64,000 bases of DNA from positions 744,001 to 808,000 of the forward strand of contig NIVC01000084.1 in NCBI GenBank assembly GCA_002269645.1. The letters run 5' to 3'. Below the pieces are notes generated by a model, which saw only the letters and a program-made list of their open reading frames with translations, did no database searches and was not told the DNA's origin. Below, piece after piece: positions 12,113 to 24,914 of the stretch. Positions within the stretch are counted from its first letter, which is position 1. Each line of letters starts with the position of its first letter. Source of the stretch: Macrostomum lignano (Eukaryota). The position numbers and the translations under genes were made by a program.

Positions 12113-14668
12113 CTTTGGCAACGCCCAGCTTTTGCAATTGTTGCTGCATTTAATGGAATTCGAATTCAGTCTGGATGGTTCGCACAGATGATGCATGGCC
12201 TAGAACGTAGACTACCTAACACTTTTCAACGCCTAAAGAAAACCTGATTTATCAGGACCAAATAAATCACCATTGATGGTGATCTGTTTATCTTAACTAT
12301 TAATAACGGTTGTAGCCAAATTTACTCTTATAAACCTGTCTGCATATTGAACTTTATGTGTTATAATAAAACCTATTTGTGTTGAGTGTTTAACCCATCG
12401 ATCAGTATTAGGTTTTGCTTGTCAGTTTGATATTTCGACGCATTGTATCGTTGATTAATGAAAGTAATTCTTTTTTGCATAGTTTCTGACAAATAAAGAC
12501 ACTGGTTTAGTAAGTAGGATATTTCGTACTATCTATACAGTTTATTATATTATAGGAAAGCTATATTAGCTACGAGTATATCAACGTTAAATGCTTTGAT
12601 GTTGTGCCGCTACCCATTCCTGTCGCTGTGAATCTAGAGCTAGAAAATATATGCGCATTATAACTCTTGTTGACGTCCAATTTCTAAACCATTGCAATGA
12701 ATAAAATCGATTTTTTTCTACATTTACAGACGATGATGGAAAACTAATAACAGCGGGGGAATTGCGATTGATAGAGAAAGACTCGAGATAAGATCCCGGA
12801 TTATCGGGGAATCTATCAGAAGCAACAAGCAGTTTTGGATAGAATTTGGAGAAAGTTTCTATACAGAAAACAGGAAAAAATATGCCGAGGAAAGGAAGCG
12901 AGCGAAGCAATGGAGAGCCCTCGAGATCGAGCTTGAGTCCTACGCTACCAGAGTAATGAACCAGTTTTGAGTAGCTCCCAGCATTCGACAAGTGGCTTCA
13001 AAGTTTTCTAATCCTTATAGCCCTCGAGCAGTTCGGTTGGCATAACTTTTATGCTTGGAGGAGTGGCAGACGCAGTGCGCGGTATTTTATGCTTTTTATG
13101 CTGGGTATAGACCGATTTCGCCAGGGAAAGCCAAGAGCGACTAAGCAGGATGAGTGAGTTATCTAGCTATATAACACATGTAAAGCCACTCGAGGCTGCT
13201 TGCATAGACGGTTAAACGAATGTTTTGATTGCATGCGGCTGGCGGGAAATGCTACACGTTCTATGAACAAAAAAGTCTGGTATTAAATATGAAGTGAAAT
13301 ATTTAGGTAAATTGTCAACTGTCGAGGTAATTCTAGTAAGTTCCCTGTCTGTCAAATCACAGCTGCGAAGGAATTCACGATAAGGGAAATCTTCAAAAAA
13401 ATTGTCCTCGACTTCTCTGACTCTAGGCTTTCTACCATAGACTTGAACTCGACTTTTCGCAAGGCCTGGCCGTAACCCCGTGGGGTTAAGGCCATAGACT
13501 ATAGCTTCTGTTGCTCTCAAGCATTAGCACTCGAAGAAAAGCACTAGAAAAGCCTTACAATCTGTGACTGACAGTCGCTTTGCAGCAGCAGCAGCAACAG
13601 CTAGTGTCTGTGGCCCAAACCCCTCAGGGTTTTCGGGGTTGCGGAGACGACCACTAGCTAAATAGCTAGCCTGTGGATGGGTCGGTGAGTGTGGGGGTAA
13701 AGCCCCACTGGGGGAAGTTAACCATGTTAACCATAGACATATTTCCATCACGAAAATTCGGCTCTCGGGATTTAATCACATACCGACCTCAAACCCATAG
13801 AATATGAAGAAATATACACAATTTTTGTTATCAGTCCGTAGTTAATGGTAAAAAGTAGTTGACTTCTGAGGAGAATTGAATCGTTTTAATGCTCCTGATA
13901 TCGGATCCATAAAATGATTTAATTCTCATCAAAAGTGATACTTTTTCCACAGACTTTATTGTGGATTTCCGGTTCAAAATGGTAGAATTGAATAATTCCC
14001 ATTGGATATTTGTGCACTGCTCCCAGCCGTGCTTCAGTATATAGCTAGTTCCGCAATGTGCTTTTCTCTCATGGGATTAAAGACCTAAACTATAGGGACT
14101 TGGGGACGAAGCAGGCCGAGAAACATGCCGAATAGTATGCATATCAAGCATCATCCTTTCAGGATATATAGTGTTTTGCGTCTGTATAAACAGCGCGTTT
14201 TCATCAATATGCTATGCAAATTAATTCCTATAGCAAACTCTGCCAATGCGAACGAAAGGAAACAGCGTTATACATGTACATGTACGCTCGGATCAGGATT
14301 CAGCTGAAAAAGGCAAGCCAGCTCGCTGATAAAATTAAAATTTTTTCCATCTGCTCATGCCACAGTAAATTTGGTTTATAGGCTTACACTGCTGTATGGT
14401 TAGGCTAAGAGCAAGGATTGCACAGTTCGAACATAAATTTGTTAGTTAAATTTTTTATGATATGTTCTTTGTACGTGCATCTATTTTACGATATCGTAAA
14501 TGGATCAAGCACGAGAATTTCCCGCGGGAGATTTGCCTGACTGCATTACTATATCTCCTAATGAGGTATTAAGCGGACAAGCTTACAGTTGTCATGCATT
14601 CGCTGTCAAACAGCTTGTCGCATCCAGCTTCCATCAGCAGTCGTAGGGATCACTGCAGTTTGCGAATG

Positions 14669-17215
14669 TAGCTGGCGTCCCTTCTGTAGCTGCCATCCCT
14701 TCTATAGAATGACATCCTTCTGTAGCTGGCGTCCCTTGTGTAGCTGACATCCCTTCTGTAGAATGACATCCTTCTGTAGCTGGCGTCCCTTGTGTAGCTG
14801 CCATCCCTTCTATAAAATGACGTCCTTCTGTAGCTGGCGTCCCTTCTGTAGCTGCCATCCCTTCTATAGAATGACATCCTTCTGTAGCTGGCGTCCCTTG
14901 TGTAGCTGACATCCCTTCTGTAGAATGACACCTTCTGTAGCTGGCGTCCCTTGTGTAGCTGCCATCCCTTCTATAAAATGACGTCCTTCTGTAGCTGGCG
15001 TCCCTTCTGTAGCTGCCATCCCTTCTATAGAATGACATCCTTCTGTAGCTGGCGTCCCTTGTGTAGCTGACATCCCTTCTGTAGAATGACATCCTTCTGT
15101 AGCTGGCGTCCCTTGTGTAGCTGACATCCCTTCTGTAGAATGACATCCTTCTGTAGCTGGCGTCCCTTGTGTAGCTGACATCCCTTCTGTAGAATGACAT
15201 CCTTCTGTAGCTGGCGTCCCTTGTGTAGCTGACATCCCTTCTGTAGAATGACATCCTTCTGTAGCTGGCGTCCCTTGTGTAGCTGACATCCCTTCTGTAG
15301 AATGACATCCTTCTGTAGCTGGCGTCCCTTGTGTAGCTGACATCCCTTCTGTAGAATGACATCCTTCTGTAGCTGGCGTCCCTTGTGTAGCTGACATCCC
15401 TTCTGTAGAATGACATCCTTCTGTAGCTGGCGTCCCTTGTGTAGCTGACATCCCTTCTGTAGAATGACATCCTTCTGTAGCTGGCGTCCCTTGTGTAGCT
15501 GACATCCCTTCTGTAGAATGACATCCTTCTGTAGCTGGCGTCCCTTGTGTAGCTGACATCCCTTCTGTAGAATGACATCCTTCTGTAGCTGGCGTCCCTT
15601 GTGTAGCTGACATCCCTTCTGTAGAATGACATCCTTCTGTAGCTGGCGTCCCTTGTGTAGCTGACATCCCTTCTGTAGAATGACATCCTTCTGTAGCTGG
15701 CGTCCCTTGTGTAGCTGACATCCCTTCTGTAGAATGACATCCTTCTGTAGCTGGCGTCCCTTGTGTAGCTGACATCCCTTCTGTAGAATGACATCCTTCT
15801 GTAGCTGGCGTCCCTTGTGTAGCTGACATCCCTTCTGTAGAATGACATCCTTCTGTAGCTGGCGTCCCCTATCCCCTCTGTAGCTGACATCCCCTCTGTA
15901 GCTGACATCCCCTCTGTAGCTGACATCCCCTCTGTAGCTGACATCCCCTCTGTAGCTGACATCCCCTCTGTAGCTGACATCCCCTCTGTAGCTGACATCC
16001 CCTCTGTAGCTTACATCCCCTCTGTAGCTGACATCCCCTCTGTAGCTGACATCCCCTCTGTAGCTGACATCCCCTCTGTAGCTGACAGTGTCCCCTCTGT
16101 AGATGGTGTCCCCTCTGTAGATGGTGTCCCCTCTGTAGATGGCTGTCCCCTCTGTAGCTGGCTGTCCCGTCTGTAGATGGTGTCCCCTCTGTAGATGGCT
16201 GTCCCCTCTGTAGATGGTGTCCCCTCTGTAGATGGCTGTCCCCTCTGTAGATGGTGTCCCCTCTGTAGCTGGCTGTCCCGTCTGTAGATGGCTGTCCCCT
16301 CTGTAGATGGCTGTCCCCTCTGTAGATGGCTGTCCCCTCTGTAGACGGTGTCCCCTCTGTAGACGGTGTCCCCTCTGTAGATGGTGTCCCCTCTGTAGAT
16401 GGCTGTCCCCTCTGTAGATGGTGTCCCCTCTGTAGCTGGCTGTCCCCTCTGTAGATGGCTGTCCCCTCTGTAGATGGTGTCCCCTCTGTAGCTGGCTGTC
16501 CCCTCTGTAGATGGTGTCCCCTCTGTAGCTGGCTGTCCCCTCTGTAGCTGGCTGTCCCCTCTGTAGATGGCTGTCCCCTCTGTAGATGGCTGTCCCCTCT
16601 GTAGATGGCTGTCCCCTCTGTAGATGGCTGTCCCCTCTGTAGATGGTGTCCCCTCTGTAGATGGTGTCCCCTCTGTAGCTGGCTGTCCCCTCTGTAGCTG
16701 GCTGTCCCGTCTGTAGATGGCTGTCCCCTCTGTAGATGGCTGTCCCCTCTGTAGATGGTGTCCCCTCTGTAGCTGGCTGTCCCCTCTGTAGATGGTGTCC
16801 CCTCTGTAGATGGCTGTCCCCTCTGTAGATGGCTGTCCCCTCTGTAGATGGCTGTCCCCTCTGTAGATGGTGTCCCCTCTGTAGCTGGCTGTCCCCTCTG
16901 TAGCTGGCTGTCCCGTCTGTAGATGGCTGTCCCCTCTGTAGATGGCTGTCCCCTCTGTAGATGGTGTCCCCTCTGTAGCTGGCTGTCCCCTCTGTAGATG
17001 GTGTCCCCTCTGTAGCTGGCTGTCCCCTCTGTAGCTGGCTGTCCCCTCTGTAGATGGCTGTCCCCTCTGTAGATGGTGTCCCCTCTGTAGATGGCTGTCC
17101 CCTCTGTAGATGGTGTCCCCTCTGTAGATGGCTGTCCCCTCTGTAGATGGCTGTCCCCTCTGTAGATGGCTGTCCCCTCTGTAGATGGTGTCCCCTCTGT
17201 AGCCGGTGTCCCCTC
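14669..17215. repeat. Compound minisatellite, 2.5 kb: 54-bp higher-order unit (3 x 18) to about 15870, 18-bp unit to about 16085, then mixed 18/19-bp units
   Basis: All monomers share a ccyytctgtag-type core; 54-bp period verified at 15061/15115. Confidence 0.95.
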
Positions 17216-19008
17216 TGGCGGCGCCCCAGCTGCAGCTGACATCTTTAGAATGTATTCAGAGCATGTGGCAAACCTTTCGCTGGCAAAGCTAAGCGAAAAA
17301 TGGCCACTGCGCATGAATTATCGCGCATCTAAATTGATTTTAACTGTCAAATTACTCCACATGCTACTGTAAGTAAAGCTTAGCAACATCGATAATTAAT
17401 TTGCTTCGTCTGTCTTTGAATCATCTTAAGAACTCCCAGGTCCCAACTTGATGGCAGTGTTCTCTTCTCAATATTCGAAACAGGGTCTACTGTTTGGGTA
17501 GGCAAAATTAATAGAATTAATTTAGTAAGAATATGAAAGTTAATTGTTATTATGAAACCATGCGAAGTTAAAAACAGTTTTCATTCTAATTTTTTTTCGG
17601 GGAAGTAGCTACGCTCGTATTAGTCAGAATATAATGTGATGCCTATGAAACTGGATTTACAAAAATAATTCAGAGGCGCATTCGAAATTCCGAAGCTTAA
17701 ATGTAGTTAAACCATAAGCATACTATTGATATAATAGCGTACGTGGTATGCATCAACACTATTTTCTGCAATACGAGCGTACTACATAGAAAATATGACT
17801 AACTTTTGATAAAGCGAAGCGCGCAACTCAAGAGTCTGCGCAAAAAACTTGAAACTTGAAATATTATTCGTCTTTTGGCGTTTTACTTGTAATTCTCAAA
17901 ATTGCTGCAAAAAAAATATTCTCATTCACTATAGTATAACAAATTATAGCAGAGAAAAGCAAAACAAGGTACCCTCGTACTCGGTACACAGAAGTACTTA
18001 GGTGATACAGGTCAGCTCAGTGTTCGTTGCGTTTTGCTAATTAGTATTACGCGGTATTCTCATAATTTTTAACTTATTTTTACGACTATTTAACCCCCCC
18101 CCCCTAGTACAAGACCACGAGCCTGTAGCGTGATCGCATCGCTTTCTTCCCACGAGTGTAGTGTCAGATAATTATCCTTTATTTAGAGGGCGGCGCTGCA
18201 ATATCGTCTAGCTAGCCCCCGCCCCGTCCCTTTGTGGACTGCAGGTCTAGTAATTACATAGAAGAAATAAGAAGTCCAGACGATAGCAGAAACCGACTGA
18301 CTTACAGCAAGAGGATTGGATAGGACTGCAGAGGACAACACTGAGAGGCCGACTTGGGAATGGAAAGGGGAATCGGGGAAAAAGGCCATGCCAGGTTCCA
18401 GCCATTTTTTCCTGAACCCCTTCCTCTCTTCCCCGGGGTTTCATAACGTCCCTCTACCCCCCTTACAGTGAGAAAACACCCCTAACACAAGTGAACGCGC
18501 AGCCACCCCCTTGCACCCGCCACCCCATGATTTTACGGCGTTCATTTTGGATGGCTAGAATTGGCTGGGTCGAGGGGGCAGGGGGTGGGTACACTGACTG
18601 GAGTGTTCCTAAAAATAAGACTGGGGGTGGGGTGAGGTAGGAGTGAAAGAGAAGAGAGGGGAGGAGAGCGCGCTCGCTCGCACACTAGCCCGAAACAAAC
18701 TAAAGCTACTACTACGAGCCGATTTATTATAATTGTCTTCGAAGGCCCGCCTGTGAACTCTAAATATATCTCTGTGTATTTGGATTCTGCCGCCTTCTCC
18801 ATTAAAAAAAACTTAAAAACTCCTGGCTGCCCCTCTGTACCCTGAAAACAGTAAAAGCATTCTATTCAGTTAGTTTCTACCTCTCGGCCTGCTTTTTAGG
18901 CGAGAAAAAGAACTCCACCCAGTCAGTTCAGTTGTCACGCTGCGCACTAGACTTAGTCGAGTCGAAAAGAAGCTAACTCTAACGGACTAAAAACCGGTCG
19001 GCAACAAA

Positions 19009-19345
19009 ATGTTCGACGTGCAAATACCTCAAGAGCAAATCTGGATAGTTGTTCTCGGCTTTATTATCGCATTTGTGCTAGCATTCGGAATTGGCGCTAA
19101 CGATGTCGCTAACAGTTTTGGCACCTCGGTTGGCTCGAAAGTGCTCACCTTGCGTCAGGCCTGCATTCTGGCTTCAATCTTTGAGACCTTGGGCTCGGTA
19201 CTACTGGGCGCTAAAGTGTCCGAAACTATACGAAAGGGTATTATTACGCCAGAGTTGTATATTAAAGACAATGTCAATCAAACTAATGGTACTATTGGCG
19301 ACGGATCTCAACTGATGATGCTTGGACAGCTGAGTAGCCTTGCTG
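19009..19345 (+). CDS. SLC20A: PiT exon 1
   Basis: GANDVANS motif; donor G|GTAAG. Confidence 0.92.
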
Positions 19346-22300
19346 GTAAGGTTCAGCGCTCTTCGTTGGAAATCAGGAAATGTACTGCACTTTTCACAAT
19401 TCCCAACCCAAGGCCAAGCTTCACAATCCTCCAAACTTTCCAATCGGCCAATCCCAAAGCTTCACAATTCCCACTTGCCAGACTTCACATTTCCAGATTT
19501 CACATTCAAGTGATTCAATGTCTCAAATGCTATTTCAAATTATTTCGAGTTTACGAAATTTTTGGGGATTTATTTTAACTTTTAAATTGTTTAAGAATAT
19601 GAAATGTGGGATTTCTAAAAGTACCACATAATAAAATAAATAACTAATGACTGTGATTGCTGACCGAATTCCAAGGTACCTGCATCTGGCTCCTGGTTGC
19701 TACATTTTTCCGTGTGCCCGTGTCCGGTACCCATTCAATTGTTGGAGCAACAGTCGGCTTCTCTCTGGTTGCCAAGGGCACTCAAGGCGTTGACTGGAAG
19801 AAGCTTGGCTTAATTGGTGAGTTTTTATATAACTTTTTTCTTGACTTTACGAGTTAAGAGTTTGAAAAATTAAGGTATAGATGGCTTTTTTAAATGAAAC
19901 CACTGGACTCCTGGAGCAAGGAGGAACTAGTAGCTAGCCCAGAAAAAACTTATCTAGCGAGTTATGTTTGTCGACCTTTTTTGTCATCAAGCCTGGCCTT
20001 ATAGCGTTTTGTGCTGTTCGCAGGCCCAGGAAGCAGAGAAGTCAGGCTTGACTTGCTGTTTCCAATTTTCCTCTTTTTTCCCATAGCCATTTCTAGAGAG
20101 CCCAGTCTGTGTGGGATCGTGACTGTTTTATTCAACTTGTCCTTTGTATTTACGCATGTAAAGACCACTGCTTGACTGACTGACTCCATTTCTAACCCAA
20201 CCGGAAACGCTTTCCCCAAAGTTATGATTTATTATGAGGAACTGTAACTCGGTTACTTACTCTGTTAGTGTGTTATTAGTATATTTGTTTATGTTCATGT
20301 GCATACGCTCGTACAATTATAGAACATACTATATGCAAGGACTACTTAAGTACGTTACTTTAGTCGTCCTTGAATTCATTATAAAGTTATTCATTATAGT
20401 TTTTATCAAAGATCAAAGATTACATGGGTTCCCGCCCCCTCAGGTTACGAGCTCAACTTTAGCTAAGTACACAGTGTAATTATTAGCTTCACTCTTCGGG
20501 CCTTATCAGCTCTGTTTAGCTCGAATTGGCGTGTTTCTTAAAATCTAAAATTAAAATTGATCTTATCACCCCCATGAGCAAATAGATTTTAAAGCGGAGG
20601 TGGGCGAGGGAGGCTTTTGTTTTGACTCTTGACAGAGGTCTCGATTTTCTTATCTTTGTTCGGGGCCTGGAAGTTTTGTAAGTTAATTAGAATTATTTAT
20701 TATTACACAACTATTGAACTAATATTGAACATTACCTGCGCCAATGTCGTAAAATCAAGTTAAAATAAAATTAAATTCAAAACACGGCGCGCGGAGTGAG
20801 GTCGGAATGGCTGAGGACGAGGAGTGAGGAGGGAGGGGACATGGTGAGGTTTCAGTTCTTTAACAGACGGTATTATTAAGAGTGCAAAAAACGCAGTCGA
20901 CCGTAGACAGTGTGACGCTGAGAGCTGAGAGAGCTTCGATTTTCCTGTGCCTTTCCATCAACGCTAGAAGCTTTAGCTAGCTCCTAAGCCCCTGTCCCCC
21001 TGTCCGTTCAACCATCCGGTTTCCCAGTTCCCACGCTAGGTTCTATATCTAAAAGACCCGAAGATTCTAACCAGCTCTCTTCGCTCAGCGTGTCGGGTTT
21101 GGGCTGGCGGGCTATGGGGGTTGGGGCTTGGGGTGGCTGATTTGGGAAAGACGGCCAACCCATCCGTCTGTACACAGTTCTCTCTCACTGTCCTGTCTGT
21201 CCCCTTCAGCTAGCCAAGCCAATCCTCTATTTTTGGAGCCCGACAGCACCCGCCCCCGGGTAATCGGAATCCTGCCACAAGTGAAGCCACGCTATCGTCA
21301 CGTGATAGAGTTTTTTAATACTCAGTAGGGAGGACACTTCTGCAAAGCTATTGCCATTGCCGTTTTTGCTACAGTTTCGTTTCTTGTCTAAATTCAAGTT
21401 TTTCCGAAAGGCGTAACTAAAAAGTTCGAGAATATAATAATAATATTTTTTGCAGCGATACGGAAACCGAAACTAGACGCTAAATACTTAAAATAATAGT
21501 CTTAAACACTCGCAGCTGAGAAACTGAAAATTGGTACAATAAAGAAAAATGAAACCCAAACACTTATTAAATTAGTTGTTTATCTCTAGTGCAAACAGTG
21601 AGTCTTCTAGTGTAGACACAACAGCAGGCTAAAAATAATACTTCAATCGAAATTAGAAAAGTACTCATACATAGCCACAGATACTAAATACCTGTACTTA
21701 TTATCTGTGTACATAGCTAGCATTCATTTTATTTAACTAGTTGCGCCTTTTTAAGCTTATAAACAAATATTACTATCAGATACACCCCATTTTTCCAGTG
21801 GCCTCCTGGTTCATTTCGCCACTTCTTAGCGGAGGAATATCCGTGTTTTTCTTCTATTTGGTTAAGAGATTTGTACTGACTAAGGTAAATTCTTCATTTT
21901 CTACTTATGTTGCATAGTAGTAGTATATTTCACTAAAATGTACTTAAATTAAATTAATATTTTATTCAACGCCAAAACTGCAGAAAGACCCGCTGGAACC
22001 GGGACTTAGATTCTTGCCATTGATCTACGGTTTCACCATTGTCATCAATGTGTTCTCTATTGTGTACGAGGGACCCGACTGTGAGCCAATCATTTGATAT
22101 TGATTCCACTTGACTCAGACCTCATCAAAAATCCCCCAGCCTCATTAGAATCGTCCCCGGCCTCATCAAAAATCGCTCAAGCCTCATCCAGAATCGCCCC
22201 AGCTTAATCAAGAATCACCCTCAGCCTCATCAGGAATCGCCCCAGCCTCATCAAGAATCACCCCCAGCTTCAGCAAATATCGCCCCCAGCCTCATCAAGA

Positions 22301-24881
22301 ATCGCCCCAGCCTCATCAAGAATCACCCCCAGCTTCAGCAAATATCGCCCCCAGCCTCATCAAGAATCGCCCCAGCTTCATTAGGAGTCGCACGTCAGCT
22401 CACTTTATTTAAGTAATAGATTAAATACCCATGAATTCCGTTTTTTCAGTGCTAAAATTCAACCTGATTCCACTATGGGGCGCCATCGTGATAGCTTACA
22501 CTGTGGGAATTATCTGCTCAGTGGCTGTCAAACAGTTCGTCATTCCCTGGCAGAGAAGACGAATTTTGAGTGAGTATATTCACAGACTTTTTCGCTAGGA
22601 AATGTTTTTTTGCATCGAAAATACGTCAAAGGGATTATTGGAATGGGATCACGAGTTTTCTTAGAATTTGATCACGTGTTTTCTTGGAATGGGATCACCG
22701 GTTTCTTGGAATGGGATCACGTTTTTTTTAGAATTTGATCACGTGTTTTCTTGGAATGGGATCACCGGTTTCTTGGAATGGGATCACCGGTTTCTTGGAA
22801 TGGGATCACCGGTTTCTTGGAATGGGATCACCGGTTTCTTCAACTTTCTTGAAATGGGATCACCGGTTTCTTGGAATGGGATCACCGGTTTCTTCAACTT
22901 TCTTGGAATGGGATCACAGATTTTCTTAGAATGGGATCACGTTTTTTTCAAATTTTTTTAATATATTCGAATCTTTCATGTTCAACCCAGAGGAAATGAA
23001 TGAATTAGAGATCGAGATGCAACGCCTGACAAACGGGCAGCTGGACGATGCCAACGAAAATGATGAAGATCAAGACGTCAAACTGGCCGCCGGCAACGGA
23101 GAGCGTCGATTAGGCGATCGAATACCGGAGAAAATCGCCGAGGAGGAAGACGAACTGACCGACTCTACGGCGGCACTAGACAAGATGAAGGTATTGACTG
23201 GTGCTGCTGCTGCTAATGATGAAGACAATCCCAAAGTTGCCGTGCTGTCTGCTGCCGGCAAACGGAAGCAGAAAAAGAGCCTGCTTAAATTGCCATTCAA
23301 ACGAGACGGGAAAAATGGCGGAGAAGAGGTGAGTAAAGGTTGAGTAAGGGATGATTGAAGGCTGAGTAAGGGATTAGTGAAGGCTGAGTAAGGGATGAGT
23401 AAAGGCTGAGTACTGAGTGAGTGAAGGCTGAGTACAGAGTGAGTGAAGGCTGAGTACTGAGTGAGTGAAGGCTGAGTACTGAGTGAGTGAAGGCTGAGTA
23501 CTGAGTGAGTGAAGGCTGAGTACTGAGTGAGTGAAGGCTGAGTACTGAGTGAGTGAAGGCTGAGTACTGAGTGAGTGAAGGCTGAGTACTGAGTGAGTGA
23601 AGGCTGAGTACTGAGTGAGTGAAGGCTGAGTACTGAGTGAGTGAAGGCTGAGTACTGAGTGAGTGAAGGCTGAGTACTGAGTGAGTGAAGGCTGAGTACT
23701 GAGTGAGTGAAGGCTGAGTACAGAGTGAGTGAAGGCTGAGTACAGAGTGAGTGAAGGCTGAGTACTGAGTGAGTGAAGGCTGAGTACTGAGTGAGTGAAG
23801 GCTGAGTACTGAGTGAGTGAAGGCTGATTACAGAGTGAGTTAAGGCTGATTACAGAGTGAGTTAAGGCTGATTACAGAGTGAGTTAAGGCTGATTACAGA
23901 GTGAGTTAAGGCTGATTACAGAGTGAGTGAAGGCTGATTACAGAGTGAGTGAAGGCTGATTACAGAGTGAGTTAAGGCTGATTACAGAGTGAGTGAAGGC
24001 TGATTACAGAGTGAGTGAAGGATGATTACAGAGTGAGTGAAGGCTGATTACAGAGTGAGTGAAGGATGATTACAGAGTGAGTGAAGGCTGAGTACTGAGT
24101 GAGTGGCTGAGTTCACTCGATTCCCAATCCAGGAGGAGGTCCCAGCATCCGCTGATGAAGCCGAAGGCGCGGAAGTCCCGGAGATGCGCGACCAGCCCGA
24201 GCAGTGTCGCATCTTTGCCTGGCTGCAGATTCTCACTGCCGTCTTCGGCTCCTTCGCTCACGGCGGCAACGATGTCAGCAACGCCATCGGGCCGCTGGTC
24301 GGACTGTGGAGCATTGCCACCACGCAGGACATTCTGAGCAAGCCGACAATGACGCCGGTGCACATTCTGCTGTTTGGCGGCGTCGGTATCAGCATCGGCC
24401 TGTGGGTCTGGGGCCGGCGCGTCATCAAGACGCTGGGCGAGGATTTGACCACTATTACACCGTCTAGGTAAGCCTTGGATTCATTCTTTCACTGTTATGG
24501 ATTCACTCATTCAGAATCCTACTTATTCAGTAAGTTTATTTGTTATACTCCGGCATTTTTATATGCCTAATAATTTCAGCAGTTGACCCAATTCCCCAAA
24601 AAAATCCCAATTCACTCCGCAGCGGTTTCTGCATCGAACTAGGCGCAGCTCTGGCCGTGTTAATCGCCTCGAACATTGGCATCCCAATCAGCACCACGCA
24701 CTGCAAGGTTGGCAGTGTAGTGCTAGTCGGTTTCTTTCGCAGCCGGGACAATGTGCAGTGGTCAATATTCCGTAATATCCTGCTGGCCTGGGTGGTCACT
24801 CTGCCCATTAGCGGCGGCATCAGCGGTGGCATCATGGCCTTCCTGCGCGCTGTGCTCTACAGGCCCCAGGCTGCGGCTTAG
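19009..24881 (+). CDS. SLC20A: SLC20/PiT (PHO4 family) sodium-dependent phosphate transporter, join(19009..19345,19676..19816,21799..21884,21984..22080,22450..22569,22991..23328,24133..24467,24623..24881), 570 aa
   Basis: Signature motifs [50 protein letters not shown]; all 7 introns are GT-AG with compatible phases; spliced length 1713 nt is divisible by 3. Confidence 0.93.
19676..19816 (+). CDS. SLC20A: PiT exon 2
   Basis: [11 protein letters not shown]; AAG| acceptor; donor GTGAGT. Confidence 0.9.
21799..21884 (+). CDS. SLC20A: PiT exon 3
   Basis: [12 protein letters not shown]; ttttccag| acceptor; donor GTAAAT. Confidence 0.9.
21984..22080 (+). CDS. SLC20A: PiT exon 4
   Basis: [16 protein letters not shown]; ctgcag| acceptor; donor GTGAGC. 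Confidence 0.88.
22118..22395. repeat. PiT intron 4 minisatellite, 21-bp unit (cctcatcaagaatcgccccag)
   Basis: Tandem units visible. Confidence 0.9.
22450..22569 (+). CDS. SLC20A: PiT exon 5
   Basis: Hydrophobic helix [16 protein letters not shown]; ttttcag| acceptor; donor GTGAGT. Confidence 0.85.
22640..22945. repeat. PiT intron 5 minisatellite, 22-bp unit (gggatcaccggtttcttggaat)
   Basis: Tandem units visible. Confidence 0.92.
22991..23328 (+). CDS. SLC20A: PiT exon 6 (cytoplasmic loop)
   Basis: Acidic loop; cccag| acceptor; donor GAG|GTGAGT. Confidence 0.82.
23329..24105. repeat. PiT intron 6 minisatellite, 22-bp unit (gagtgagtgaaggctgagtact)
   Basis: Array fills almost the entire intron. 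Confidence 0.96.
24133..24467 (+). CDS. SLC20A: PiT exon 7
   Basis: [12 protein letters not shown]; tccag| acceptor; donor AG|GTAAGC. Confidence 0.9.
24623..24881 (+). CDS. SLC20A: PiT exon 8 (terminal)
   Basis: [10 protein letters not shown]...[10 protein letters not shown]; ccgcag| acceptor; TAG stop. Confidence 0.9.
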
Positions 24882-24914
24882 TTTGAAGGTCTTGTAAGAT
24901 CCCAGTCTATGAGC

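Noticed and set aside
14634-17314. Long ORFs (454, 321 and 481 aa) such as (SATEG)n and (TEGTPS)n that resemble mucins or antifreeze proteins
   Set aside because: They lie wholly within the 18/54-bp array, several frames are open at once, and there is no signal peptide or unique flanking domain.
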